A stretch of 58,621 bases of DNA, filler included, from Platydemus manokwari (GCA_037951405.1; 5 parts of 5 records of this genome joined end to end with filler, not necessarily neighbours in it), one strand, 5' to 3'. Counted from the first letter of the whole stretch, positions 26,201 through 38,003 are shown. The notes: generated from the letters alone by a model not told the origin. Made by a program: numbers and translations.

Positions 26201-29200
26201 GGGTAATTTGATTATTCATTATTGATTATTATCTATTGATAATCGATACCATATGCGTGTAAATAATAGGTGGTCAATAATTATTATTTATTGATTATTA
26301 ATATTGATTATTATTTATTGATAATCGATACCATCTGTGTGTTAATAATTGATCACAAATAATTATTAATTATGATATTATGATATCAGGTGGAAAAAGA
26401 ATTGTTATCATATCTGGAACAAGAGACAGATATCGATGTGATGGAATTGAATCGAAAACAATGGTATCACATTTTCAAAGAATGTGTTGAAGAGCATTAT
26501 TGTTTGATGGAACCATTGGGAATTGTTTCTGTTGCTGGAACATTTGGATTGAATCGTTTGGGTGCTTTATCATTGATGAGATGTCCCAATGAACTGGAAC
26601 GAGTATTATCATCGAGTTCATTTACCGATAATCTATATCGATTCTATGGTAAATAATATTTTGCCCATAATAATACTGATGGGAAATGATAATGATTCTA
26701 TCAGACAGGAATACCATTGTGTCAGGATGCACATTGTTGAGATATCTGAATGAAATCTCTCGACAAATACAATCCACTGAAATGTGGCCATCAATGGAAT
26801 ATAAAATATTTCAATTGGGAATTCGACCATTGGATGTGACGAAAATGCTTTTATCGATGCAGTAATTTTGTTATTGGTTTGATTATCAATCTCTCACTCT
26901 TTCTCCTTCCTCTAGATTTGATATTCCATCTGTAATCAATTCTCGAATAGAAAATCAACCAGAAATCATTGAAAACACAGTGAAATTGTTGGAAACAATG
27001 GATATTGAAATCGATCGTGGATTATTAGGTGATGATTTTTCTCATTATTGATGATGAAATAATGAATTGTTGATTTTCTCCAGAAACCACAGTCACCATG
27101 GAAACACATCGAATGTCATCATTCAGTATGGGAATGTTACATTATGCTATTTGTCAGGTTATTCGTGATCGAATATGCTTATCCATAGCCATGATCACTC
27201 TACTGGTTCCACGCGTATGTTCTTGTCTCTCTCTATTTATTGATCTTCATTTATATGTGTTGTCCATTTCATAACCATTTACAGATCATGAACATCTCTC
27301 AACCGGAACAATTACAAAATCTTGTCCAAAGATTGGAATGTTTAATCAAATCTCTCATCTCGATCCATTGGCTTTTAACATTGCGTCAGAAATCCTCATT
27401 GGAATTGACGTAATAATGATTTTTTATCTTTTCTCATTCATTTGGTTGGTTTGTTTGTCGTAGAGATCTTCAAAAAAGCCAATTGGAATCATTGAACTTG
27501 TTAGAAAATCGATGTGTCGATTTGATTGGCACCGATATATTATGCTTGAGAATTCTTCAATCTCTTCAAATCAAATATAAATCATCATCATCTAATAACA
27601 AGGCATCCATAAATTGGCAAATGAAATTGACAGAGGAAATGTCAATGATTGTCACATATCTCAATCCCAATAGTGACATGTTCTCACTCTATCAAATCTG
27701 TCGATATTTTCTCTCATATAATATGGTATATTTGATTGATTTATCATTTCAAGCTGATTTATATGGGTTTATCATTATTATTTTTATTAGCCAATGGAAT
27801 TGATTGAATATTTAAAATTTTTATCCAATAACCAATCAGATAATTGGTGGACAGGTGATGAATGTTTTGTCCATGTTATGATGGGGTTGTCATATTTATT
27901 ACTCAAGTAAGTGTTATTTTATCGAATAAATATCAATTATTGAACTCCCACCCCGCCGGGATTGGTTCCTCTCTTCCGGTTCCACTGACAATATATTGAG
28001 TCTGATTTGATTGATTAATTATTATTTTTTAGTAAACCATGGAAAGTTGTCGAATGTTTAACGAGAACAATCTATGAAATGGATATCGCCTCATCTTTGT
28101 TACCCGGGATCATATTCAGTGATCAGATCAATTGTAGTGTCACCAGTGTGCCAGTATTACAAACCAAATTGATATTAAAAGTTGATTTTATTGAATGATG
28201 AATCGATATTTATGTGCGTGTGTGTGTGTTGAAATATTTTCTAGTTTATCGATGTGATGGAGAACATGAACAATTCGGAACCATATATTATATCATTGGC
28301 AGAAACAGGCAATAAGATAATCGATGAAAATATCAATGATGATTGTGGTGGCAATGATGGTGATGGATTGATAATATCGTGTGTGACATTTATTATTATT
28401 GATTATATTAGATGATGAATTAGTGAGATGTAAATCGATATTTATGACGATTCTCTTTAAGAATCTATTGGATATCGGTCGATTTAATGATGCCCGATTG
28501 GCAATAATGAATAATCCTGACACAGACAAGTAAAGATACTGATGATATTGATAATGTTTCATTGATTATCTCTCTCTCATTTTACCAGACAAAAGGATTG
28601 TTTGAGACAATTTATTATTGTATTATCCGATTGTAATCAATTGGATGTGCTCGTTCAATTTGATTACGGTTCTTTGAGTGATGAGGTCTGTTTTGATTGG
28701 ATAATTGTAAATGATATTGATTTTCTCATAAATCACTCTCACACAGTTCGTCAATGTTGTTCATTCTCGAGCCTGTGCATCTGATCTCAACGATTGCAAA
28801 GATCCATTCTACAATATTCTCTATTCGTTCCATATCAAAAATAAGGATTACAAATCTGCCGCCAATTGTATGCTGGAATTGGCATTGCGTCTCGATAATG
28901 ATCTTCGATATCAAGGAATCTATATGAGCAATCAAGTAGCTATTGATCACATGCAAATGCAAGTGAAGGCATATTTGACATGTATTACCGTGGCCAGTTT
29001 ATTGTCCCAGGAAGATCAATTATTTGTGTTCCCGGCATCGATTGCCGGTGCATTCAATACTGATGATGTGAGCATTCATTTGTTTCGATTGGATATATAT
29101 GTGTGTGTTATTGATTTGTTCTGTGAAGGCTGCAACGGTATCATTGGCACAACAGACCGGTCGAAACAATTCCAAAGACAATTCCATGATGGATATATCA

Positions 29201-30261
29201 AGAGAATTTGTCGATATGGATGAAGGAACTGAACGAATCATTATCAATTTGAATCAAATCAAACGACAATATAATTTAATCCGATGTCGATTGAAGGTGA
29301 TTCGAGAAAGCTCGGAACATGGATTTATTCAGAGTGGAAAACTGACGAGATCTCTTACATTAACGAGTCTTTTGAAAATGGGATTGTATTGGGTAAATAT
29401 TGATTATATTTGTGTTGAATTTTGATTATAATAATAATGATAATAGTAATCAATAATGTTATCTGGAATTAATTATTTACTATTCAGGATGCCATTAAGT
29501 TATCCATTGATTTCGACTGTGGATTGGAATTTGTTGTCACTACCATAGCAACCAGATGTGCTCAAGTGTCGAAAAATTGTCTTGATCGACCATTCTTGAA
29601 GGAAAAGGAGAATATTATCGACTCATTGGAAGAAATCAACGGAAAATGTGATTTTGCATCGATGGGAAGGTGTGTGGAGAACATATATGAAATGACTTGT
29701 TTTTAACGATATCATTTCATAGCTTGCATAAATTGTTGTGGAAATTCCTGGAAGAAATTCTCCTTCGATTTGATTCGACTCCAAACGGTGATCTCTGTAT
29801 CAAAGCCTGTTCAAAATTGTTAAGTGGCGGAATTGAATTATTGCCAGCTTGGTTGATCGATATGGTGGTGGATCAAAAGGAAGCTTCGGGTGCGTTGTTG
29901 AGATTATATATCACCAATGGATACCTGGAACCGGCCGTTAATTTAACAGCTCGAATACTTGATTCTCAAATACACAATCTCACCTTGCTCAATGAGTTAT
30001 CAATGGGATTTTACAACACCAAATCGATGCACAAACACCAGCTCAAGTGGATGTCGTATCCGGTTATTTTCAATTTGTTTGACATTTTAGAAAATATGGC
30101 ACAGCAAAATCATCCCGGAGCCAAGGTAACATTTTTCCCTTTCGAATAGTCTGTTTTGAGATGTCTGATAGGAGTTCCATGAAATGCTGGGAAAGAAAAT
30201 GAAGATCATGGTGAATATAATGCAGCAAAATTCCAATGTTCAAGCCATCCAATCAGCTTAA
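23243..30261 (+). CDS. NUP160: Nuclear pore complex protein Nup160, apparently complete (about 1448 aa)
   Basis: 24 in-phase GT-AG exons: 23243-23312, 23356-23449, 23496-23700, 23748-23955, 24010-24200, 24334-24685, 25820-26058, 26116-26202, 26390-26648, 26705-26861, 26916-27028, 27084-27214, 27285-27409, 27464-27725, 27791-27906, 28033-28180, 28245-28359, 28412-28529, 28589-28685, 28747-29067, 29129-29392, 29488-29669, 29723-30125, 30172-30261 (TAA). Nup160-like motifs: NRFLIW..ILTITELSTDFELLGN, RDNKLKLWSL, NPDTDKQKDCLRQFIIVL, FYNILYSFHI..KDYKSAANCM, LPAWL..LLRLYITNGYLEPAV. Confidence 0.88.
24859..25326 (+). mobile_element. Internally deleted Merlin (IS1016/ISXO2-like) DNA transposon in NUP160 intron 6
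   Basis: 24-bp TIRs GGATCAATTGG(C/A)GAATCTCCCCCT with one mismatch, and a perfect 8-bp TSD AATTATCT (24851-24858 and 25327-25334). The internal ORF contains LGGSGVVVEVEKSCFSHKSKY..W.IVDT, a degenerate form of the ISXO2-type GGPGxxVEIDES-KY motif. Confidence 0.9.
26219..26375. repeat. About 80-bp tandem duplication in NUP160 intron 8
   Basis: attgattattat(c/t)tattgataatcgataccat occurs at about 26221 and 26303. Confidence 0.8.
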
Positions 30262-30278
30262 TGCATTTATTTGATGTA

Positions 30279-30284
30279 AATAAA
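30279..30284 (+). terminator. Putative polyadenylation signal of NUP160
   Basis: AATAAA 18 nt after the stop codon, followed by T/GT-rich sequence. The motif is common in AT-rich DNA. Confidence 0.45.
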
Positions 30285-31780
30285 AAAAAATAGCCTTTTT
30301 GCACTCGAATATTTATCTACATTTTCGTATTTGTAGTTTTGTTTTATTGTGATTACTATATAAACCTGTTTGTTGTTGGCTGTTCACTTTGTTGTGGTTA
30401 TAATGGTTTGAATCACCCAATTTGATAATTGCGAGATCTTTTTTCTCACGATGAAATATTTGTTATTTTAGATTATGCAAACTGAATATTATTATCCCAG
30501 ATGTTTTCATCAAATTTATTTTGTAAAATCTTTCATTTTAGAATTCTTGAAATAATTTTCAACTAGCAATTGTGCTTTATGACTACGATATTTACCGAAG
30601 AATTAACATAACTCCCGATGAAAACACCAAATTTCACTATTTGAGGCATATTAGTATAACTTGTTTAGATTACTTCTTGTGTCATCCCATTAGTCATCGA
30701 GTAAATATTTAAGTCGTTTTATGACATTGGCGATAGTTGTGTTAACAATTTGATCTTTCGTCTACTTTACAATCAATTAGCCTTGTTTAAATGTAATAAA
30801 CCAATCTTAGAATATGACGAATAGCAAGCTAAGCAATGAAACTGCAATGAAAAATGTTCCAGTAGAGCGAATAGATTCCACACCGAAGGTGTTTTGCTAT
30901 AGAGCAAGACTTGTAACGAACCAATTGATCATGTTATGCGCCAGACTAACTGATCATCTGGGGACACCCATGAGTATTTCTGTCAAACCATAATTTTTTA
31001 TTTGTGACTTCTCAAAATAACTGAATTATTAATGAATCTCAGTGAGTATTGGTTATAAATGACTTGAATTTTTTAATTCACAATTTAAAGATTTTAATAT
31101 TTTCACAAAACTAAATAAACAGTAATTTTACTAATGTTTAGTGTGATAATAATTAAGAGATAAAGTAATAATTTCACTTATCAACATATATGTACAAAAT
31201 TTTATAACAATAGGTACTCATCAAAATTATTATTTCATATTTTTGAATTCACCACTAAACATCATGTTTTTTAAAACAAAACTGTTTGTTATTTGCGAGA
31301 CGATATTCGAAATTCCAACGATAAGCATTAATTAACCTCCAATTATTATCTTTTCTTGTATATTATACTTTATCTTTTTTCCATTTGCCAAAATTTACAT
31401 TATTGAATAAATAACTATTGATATATTGTCATGAACTAATTCATGTAAAGAAATTAAGATTTTAAATAAAAACTAATCAGAATAAATTATAAGGTAATTT
31501 TTTAATCTTTCTCAGTACGATATTTTATATTAATTTTTGAATTAATTGTTTATTGATTATTGAAAATTCTATGATTTCTAAATTTTCTTGTGAACAGCAA
31601 AGTAATCAGAATTTATTTTATTGAAATTATTTTCTAATTGGATGTATTTTCAGTTAGTATTGGAAATTGAATATAAAAGTCTAACTTCGTTAAGGTAGCT
31701 TTGCCAAGCGTGCAACAAACTTTTTAAGTTACAATTGGAATAATTAGACAAATTCGTTAATATTCTGTAAGTAGTTATGT

Positions 31781-32392
31781 TTGGTTAGAGTACGACATGC
31801 AAAATTTTCTTCCAAAGATGATTCAATCTTGATTCAGGATGGGCATATAAATCATACATATCTGAAGATGTCTACTGCGGAATACACAAAAAATTCAAAT
31901 ATAAAAGTGGATTTCACAGCAGAAATCGCGAGCAAGGTTCTCAATCAATTGGGAGAGCCACCATCAAAGCAAACTGTAAATACTTCAATCGATGTAGAAG
32001 TGTATTATAAACTAAATTTTGATGTGGAGGATTTTTTGTCATTCGTGCAATTATATATTCTTAAGCTAACGTTTGAGCAAAAATATATTCGCAATATAAT
32101 AATGCAAGTCGTCAATGACAGGGTGGGAGAATTCTTCTTGGATGCGCTAAGAGGAAATGGTGAAACGTTCCTAATTCAATTAATTTTAGAAACAATTCAA
32201 TCACATAATGGCATAATATTGGTTTTTGCGTCATCTGGAATAGCTGCGACATTTTTACTAGGTGGAAGAACTTCTCATTCACCTTTGAAGTGGACATTGA
32301 ATATGCAAGAAATAAGTAAGCGAATCATAAGTGAATCGTCATTTATATATTATTTATATTTCAATATATTTGATATGTTGAGAAAGCATTGA
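31781..32392 (+). mobile_element. Helitron PIF1-like helicase fragment (non-functional)
   Basis: LTFEQKYI..FFLDALRGNGETFLIQLIL..ASSGIAATFLLGGRTSHSPLK matches the Helitron helicase pattern FFLDAPGGTGKTFL..ASSGIAATLLxGGRTAHS. Walker A is degenerate and the downstream helicase motifs are absent. Confidence 0.85.
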
Positions 32393-33740
32393 CTAACTAG
32401 TGCTCTACTCAGATACTGAGGACAGCGATAAAGAAAAAGCTCCCATTATCATGAGTTCATATGGTCAATGGAAGAGCAGAATAACCGGGGAAAAACACGA
32501 ACAACACCAACCAACAGCATACCAATCACACAAATCAGATAAATTTATAAAGCTGACCTCGCCGCCCATAAAACCGCAAAAACCGACTGCACCAGTTATA
32601 CCGAAAACAATTCAATCAAATCCAAAATGAGAAACATGGAGTAAGAGTAACTGGAGTGAAGATTTAGAAGTCTGACAGTCAACAAGGGTTCTGTGGGTAC
32701 TTCTTCGCATTTATTCATTCGATTCAACAATCCAGAATCTATTCTCTTTTTATTCTCTTGATTAAGACAAATCTTAAATAAATTTATCAATATTTTATCA
32801 AAGAAAAATTGGTTTTATTAATTTCATTTTTTCAATTTTTTTGTCTTATTTATAATTATTTAATTGTTTAGTGGGCTCGGAAATGGAACGGCTGGTTCCC
32901 TACCACTGCGTTCATTTATATTCATCACTGTTTTTAATTATATTTATTTCAAACTTATATTATTATTATTTAGTTATTAATAATTATATTAAAGTCTTAA
33001 TTGATCGTTGGAGTCAATCATTCATCGCAAGTCTAATTACAGCTCCCAGCCAAATTCTAGTAAGTGCTAAAACAATATCTTAAACAATACCTTGACTTCA
33101 TACAGGTAGGTGGACGCTTAGGCGAAGGAACATAAAATAATGCTTAATTACTTCTCTAGGATCGTTAATAACTCACGAGACTGATCTAAGTCGTAGATAG
33201 TGCTAACTTAAAGATTACTTAGCACAGTAATTTTAACCATAGACCCCAAAAGTAACATATTGAATCTTTAAAGATAAGTAAAAACCGTTTATAAGTTTCA
33301 CGGACATAGGTTTTGATTAGGTATTTGAATATATGTAATTCAATTTATTTGAAATCTTTTAATTAATTTTGTTTTTGATCGGAACTAGAGTTGGTTGGAA
33401 AATTAGTTTACTATAATTTCTACTTTGACTATGATAAAATTAAATGTTTATTTATTGTAAAAGATGAAACAAACTTTAGTACATGGCTTAAGATCAAACA
33501 TTTATTTTAGTTAAGTAAGGTTTTTGTCCAATTTCATTACAAGTTATGTTGAAATAATTCCTTTTAATTAAATTTAATTAGTTAATTGTTTTACTTTATC
33601 TAAAAAATCATTAAATTTGCTATAATTAATACCATTTATCAAATAGATGTATATAAGAATTGATTTTTATTTGTTTTTCAACAAGATTATAATTTGAAGA
33701 GCGAATATTCGAATTTTGATAAATATCCGAATCAAAATCT

Positions 33741-33840
33741 NNNNNNNNNNNNNNNNNNNNNNNNNNNNNNNNNNNNNNNNNNNNTTAATTAATTAANNNN
33801 NNNNNNNNNNNNNNNNNNNNNNNNNNNNNNNNNNNNNNNN
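33741..33840. other. Artificial contig-joining spacer N44-TTAATTAATTAA-N44
   Basis: Same 100-nt structure. Confidence 0.97.
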
Positions 33841-34385
33841 TAACAATAACGAGACATTTGCAATTAAAATTATTTGATAATAATTACCACTGGTTTTATA
33901 ATTAATAATATTTATCATTAATTCTTATTTAAAATATAATTTTTAAAGTTTCCTCTGTAAATAACATTAATAAGCATTAATAATAATAATGATAATATAC
34001 TTGATAATAATAATTCTTATTGTCACTTTATTCTGTAGAGTTAAAACAATGATAAAATGACAGACTTTTATATTTACTGGCATACATGGTATGAGAATTA
34101 TTGATGTGTCCAGATAATCCATATATGCAGTTTTGATAAATCTGTTTATTCCATAAACGAACGCGAAAATTCGTTGAAAGCATTAATTAATTAATTAAAA
34201 TGAAGTTTCAAAAGTGGTATTGGACTAAAATGCACATCTCAATCCCTTGGGAATATCTTACATACGTGCATATTGGTTCAACCAATGAAAATAAATTAAA
34301 AACTAAACGCAAGCAATGACACATCTCAAATTCACATATAGTTGGGAATGATAATTATCACGATAATTATAATTAGTCGAATTAG

Positions 34386-34994
34386 AACTATCTTTACATG
34401 ATTTTGTCGATGATCAGTCTAGTTTTTGTAAATCATGTATTATCGTTTTCGAATCAACCCATCCAATCAAATTCATCCGCACTCGTTCAAATGATATTAA
34501 GAATGAAATTTCAAAAATTTCTAATGATATTAATCGATATAAATTACTAGTAATCTATGGTAAATGATCAATGGATTTTCAATTAGGATGATATTAATCG
34601 AATTCGACTGTATTAATTATATGAAAAATAATAATATAGCGAATCAAAATTCATTTTAATTTATTTATCAGATGAATCCAGTAATATTTATATCTTTGAA
34701 TGTCAGTTCGCCCAATAAGGTTTATCAAAAATATTTTCAACATCTAGGTATGGAATAATTAGATTATTTAGAGAATAACTATTTTCCAACGTTATAACCA
34801 AAAAAAAACCTTTCAAAATCCAAATTTCACTCACAAATATCAAATAAAATTTTAACAACAATCTAGATCAGCAGAAATTCTTGCGACATAAACATTGTGA
34901 ATGTCAACCAAAAATTGGAGCAAAATGTTCCAAAAATTTTTCTTGGTTGACACAAACTATAAATTATTACATCAAATATCATCGAATACAATAA
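34386..34994 (+). CDS. 3' exons of an unannotated gene; weak resemblance to an ARF-like/FBXO4-type C-terminal domain
   Basis: Exons 34386-34549, 34672-34747 and 34867-34994 (TAA) splice in phase via GT-AG introns to LSLHDFVDDQSSFCKSCIIVFESTHPIKFIRTRSNDIKNEISKISNDINRYKLL-MNPVIFISLNVSSPNKVYQKYFQHL-DQQKFLRHKHCECQPKIGAKCSKNFSWLTQTINYYIKYHRIQ. AATAAA follows at about 35072. Upstream exons could not be joined unambiguously. Confidence 0.45.
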
Positions 34995-35444
34995 GAAAAT
35001 CATTGTGAGATTCAAATAAGAACTTGGTTATTCGTTGTTGAAACATGATATCGATTATATTATTTATAACAAATAAATGAAAATTTATTAATAATAACGG
35101 AAATCATATTATGATGTGTTGAAATTTCAGCCAATCAGAAATGAGTATTCTATACACACAAAATACATGCACACAAAATGTAGTTATATACATTAAAATG
35201 CATATAAAATGAAGAGCAAAAGCTTTTATTGGAAATTAGAAACATGAATATTGGATACGTCAATATATTTGTGATTGAAAAAAATGTTTAAAACAATATA
35301 GAAAATAATCAGGATTATATATAATCTAATGAATAATTATAATATAATTAATATCAACCAATCAATATTGAGCACACACGCTTTCAGTACAATCTCAGCT
35401 AAAGAAATGTTGTGTTTAATACAGATTTGGAAAATTTGGTGGCC

Positions 35445-36687
35445 TCAAAACTTTATTCGGTCATTTTGACATTCTCCTGTCCAACCATATTATTACCACT
35501 CTCTCATTATATTAGGGAAAACAATAAATGATTATATTCTTTTTTAAACGATGAAAATCAATTAATTCAAAAATATCCACATTAATCGAGTGTTACAACG
35601 CTTGAAACATAATATTAATTATCAAAATTAAACAGATCAATTCATAAAAATGTTTAATTATAAATAAAATTCCATCCAATCAAAATCGAGTATTTCAAAA
35701 ACACACGCACACACACAGTCTATACAATACGGAATACAAAGCATACAATGTAAAAATACAATAGTGCAATACTTACCAAAATTAACCGGTAATAATAGCT
35801 CATCATTTGTTATTTTAGATGGACCGGCTCGAGATTGAAATTCATCAATCGAAACTGATCTGTCTCGATTAACTTTCGATTGACTAGGTTCACAATTCTA
35901 CAAATATGTTATTTAATAAACAATTATAATTAATCAACGACCAAACCATACCAAGGATCTTCCGGAACTCTGAAAATTGTTCACTGGTTGCCTGACAAGT
36001 CGTTGTTGATTGTACATATTAGGAATGCTAAATTAATTACGATCAAAATCTCATTTATGTTTCATTATTTTAATGTTGACCAACCTCAAATTGGATGGAA
36101 TGCATTGGGTATCGATTTTAACCATTTCTATTTTAATATAACCACGAACAGGTTTCGATGGAAATGCAGAACTTGATAATTTTAACTGCTGTTCTAAATA
36201 TTAAGCTCAATTCCAATTACAATTTTCCCAATACAAACATTTTACCTCCTAAATCGATAAGTCCTGTTGTTAACGTAACACTTCCTAAGAAAGCGGATGA
36301 TTTCTTTTTCGAATATAATCTGTGGTTCCAGATTATCACTTCCAATTTATCTTTAGAAGACTGCAGCTCCCTGAGATTTATTAATTAATGGTATTTCATT
36401 GTCAATAATTGTATATTACAAATTAAATGATTTATTCCAAATAGGATTTGAAGTTTTTTCTAGAGTATTGGTTGTAAAAATATGGTTATTAAATACTACT
36501 TGAGCAAATGGGTCAGGATTTCCTGTCATGAATTAATACAATAATAATAAAATAAATCTGTTTAAATTACTTAAGATCGATCGTTTTATTAATTTAGAAG
36601 CTGAAATAACTAAAAAATTACATTAAGATTTTATGCTATTCAACTTTTAAAATTACTTTGAAGTTTAACAGTTATATTATCAGTCAT
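35445..36687 (-). CDS. SMURF: SMURF-like (NEDD4-family E3 ligase) N-terminal C2-domain gene; WW/HECT exons not in window
   Basis: Exons 36687-36657, 36609-36571, 36522-36420, 36370-36246, 36193-36085, 36027-35952 and 35897-35777 are all in phase and give MTDNITVKLQIISASKLIKRSILRNPDPFAQVVF..TNTLEKTSNPIWNKSFNL..LEVIIWNHRLYSKKKSSAFLGSV..PVRGYIKIEM..ELLLPVNF. This matches the SMURF C2 pattern (PDPFA, WN, WNH, FLG, VRG). The terminal exon 35476-35445 (ECQNDRIKF*) is tentative. Confidence 0.8.
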
Positions 36688-37508
36688 TTTAATTTTAATA
36701 TAATTTAATTTTTAATTCATAAAATCATCATATTTAAATTAACAAAAATATGTAGTAAAACAAATAACCGGTTAGTGAAGAATTAAAATAAGCATTTTAG
36801 AAAACTAAAATAGTTTTTTGTAAGTTATTATAAGCTGAGGTGCTTATAAAATATTTTTAAAAGTGTTCATTAAAAAGGGAAGTCTTTTCTTAACAATTTT
36901 ATTTTATTAATGAGAAATTAAGAATACATCAAAAGTGCTGGGTTTGAATAATCAAATTTAAAATTTGAAAATAATTAGTTTATTTCACTTATTAATTGGG
37001 TTTAGTACTAAATTAAATCCTAATTTATGCTTTTTGGCAATAATTATTATATAAATATCTTGATATAAAGAACTTAAGATTGGATAAATGGCTTTGACAG
37101 TTCATTTAAACTCTTAAAGTTTATATTAAATTAGAATTTTTCAAGAAATCACTGACACTTTATAATTCATTAAACTTTTTATTGAAGAAAAAAATAATGT
37201 AACCATTTGCAGTATCTGTTTGGAAAAACCAATATTTTTTTTAATTCATTATATATTATTTTCTGTTGAGAAGATGACTTGGATAGCTAAGGTGTAATTG
37301 AGATAAAATCGAGTACCGATAATAATAATAAATATCTGATGAAGCTTCTCTAAAATTAAACCTACTGTTCTACAAACGCATTACTAATTTGCAATTATAA
37401 GAACCATTACATTTATTTAAAAATAAAATAAAATTGATGGAATTTGATGAATTTATTAGCTGTGAGAGTAGATATATTATTAGAGAATTCTGCCAATATC
37501 TTACTCGT

Positions 37509-37540
37509 CACGGTGCCAAAGCGCAGTTCGCGTGTCTAGT
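37509..37540 (+). mobile_element. Possible Helitron 3' terminus
   Basis: GC-rich imperfect hairpin cacggtgccaaagcgcagttcgcgtg followed by tCTAG|T in AT-rich context. Confidence 0.35.
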
Positions 37541-37557
37541 TTTTAGTTATATAGATG

Positions 37558-38003
37558 TGTAATAAAATAATCTAAGACTAGCAATTTTTATTTGATCGAT
37601 ATGATGTGTGCAATAAATTACTCAAACAATTATACAATAATAATAAACACACTAGGTAATTTTCACTTTTACTGATTTTATAATTGTGATGATTAAAATC
37701 AGTGTTGGGAACTATTGCCATCCAACTCTGGTTAAAAAGACTCTGGAGATAAGTCAGAAAGATATGAAATGTTATTTGAGACTTTCGACAGGTAAATTTA
37801 TTGCTTGATAATTCTCTTTCGGGTAATATTAACATTAATAATAATAAATAAAGTTTACTCGTGTATGTTTTTCTCGTGTGGTTGTCAAAATTATTTGTGG
37901 AGTTTCTCTGTATTTTGTGTTCCTTTATACATTGATTTTCTGCTTACATTTATTCCTGATTGCGTCTATTATTTTTTATATTTTTTATTACAGGTATCAT
38001 AAC
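37558..38003 (+). mobile_element. LTR-like element with degenerate primer-binding site
   Basis: TGTAATAAAA...TTTTATTACA is a perfect 10-bp terminal inverted repeat (37558-37992) with an internal AATAAA. It is immediately followed by GGTATCATAAC, similar to the tRNA-iMet PBS TGGTATCAGAGC. Confidence 0.5.

Noticed and set aside
27945-27990. HDV-like ribozyme
   Set aside because: Only a simple hairpin is evident; the nested double pseudoknot cannot be formed.
11082-30261. Alternative genetic code, stop readthrough or non-canonical introns to explain fragmented ORFs
   Set aside because: Every break is resolved by an in-phase canonical GT-AG intron under the standard code.
34183-34198. TTAATTAATTAA identical to the spacer core
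   Set aside because: No flanking Ns; a natural AT-rich repeat.
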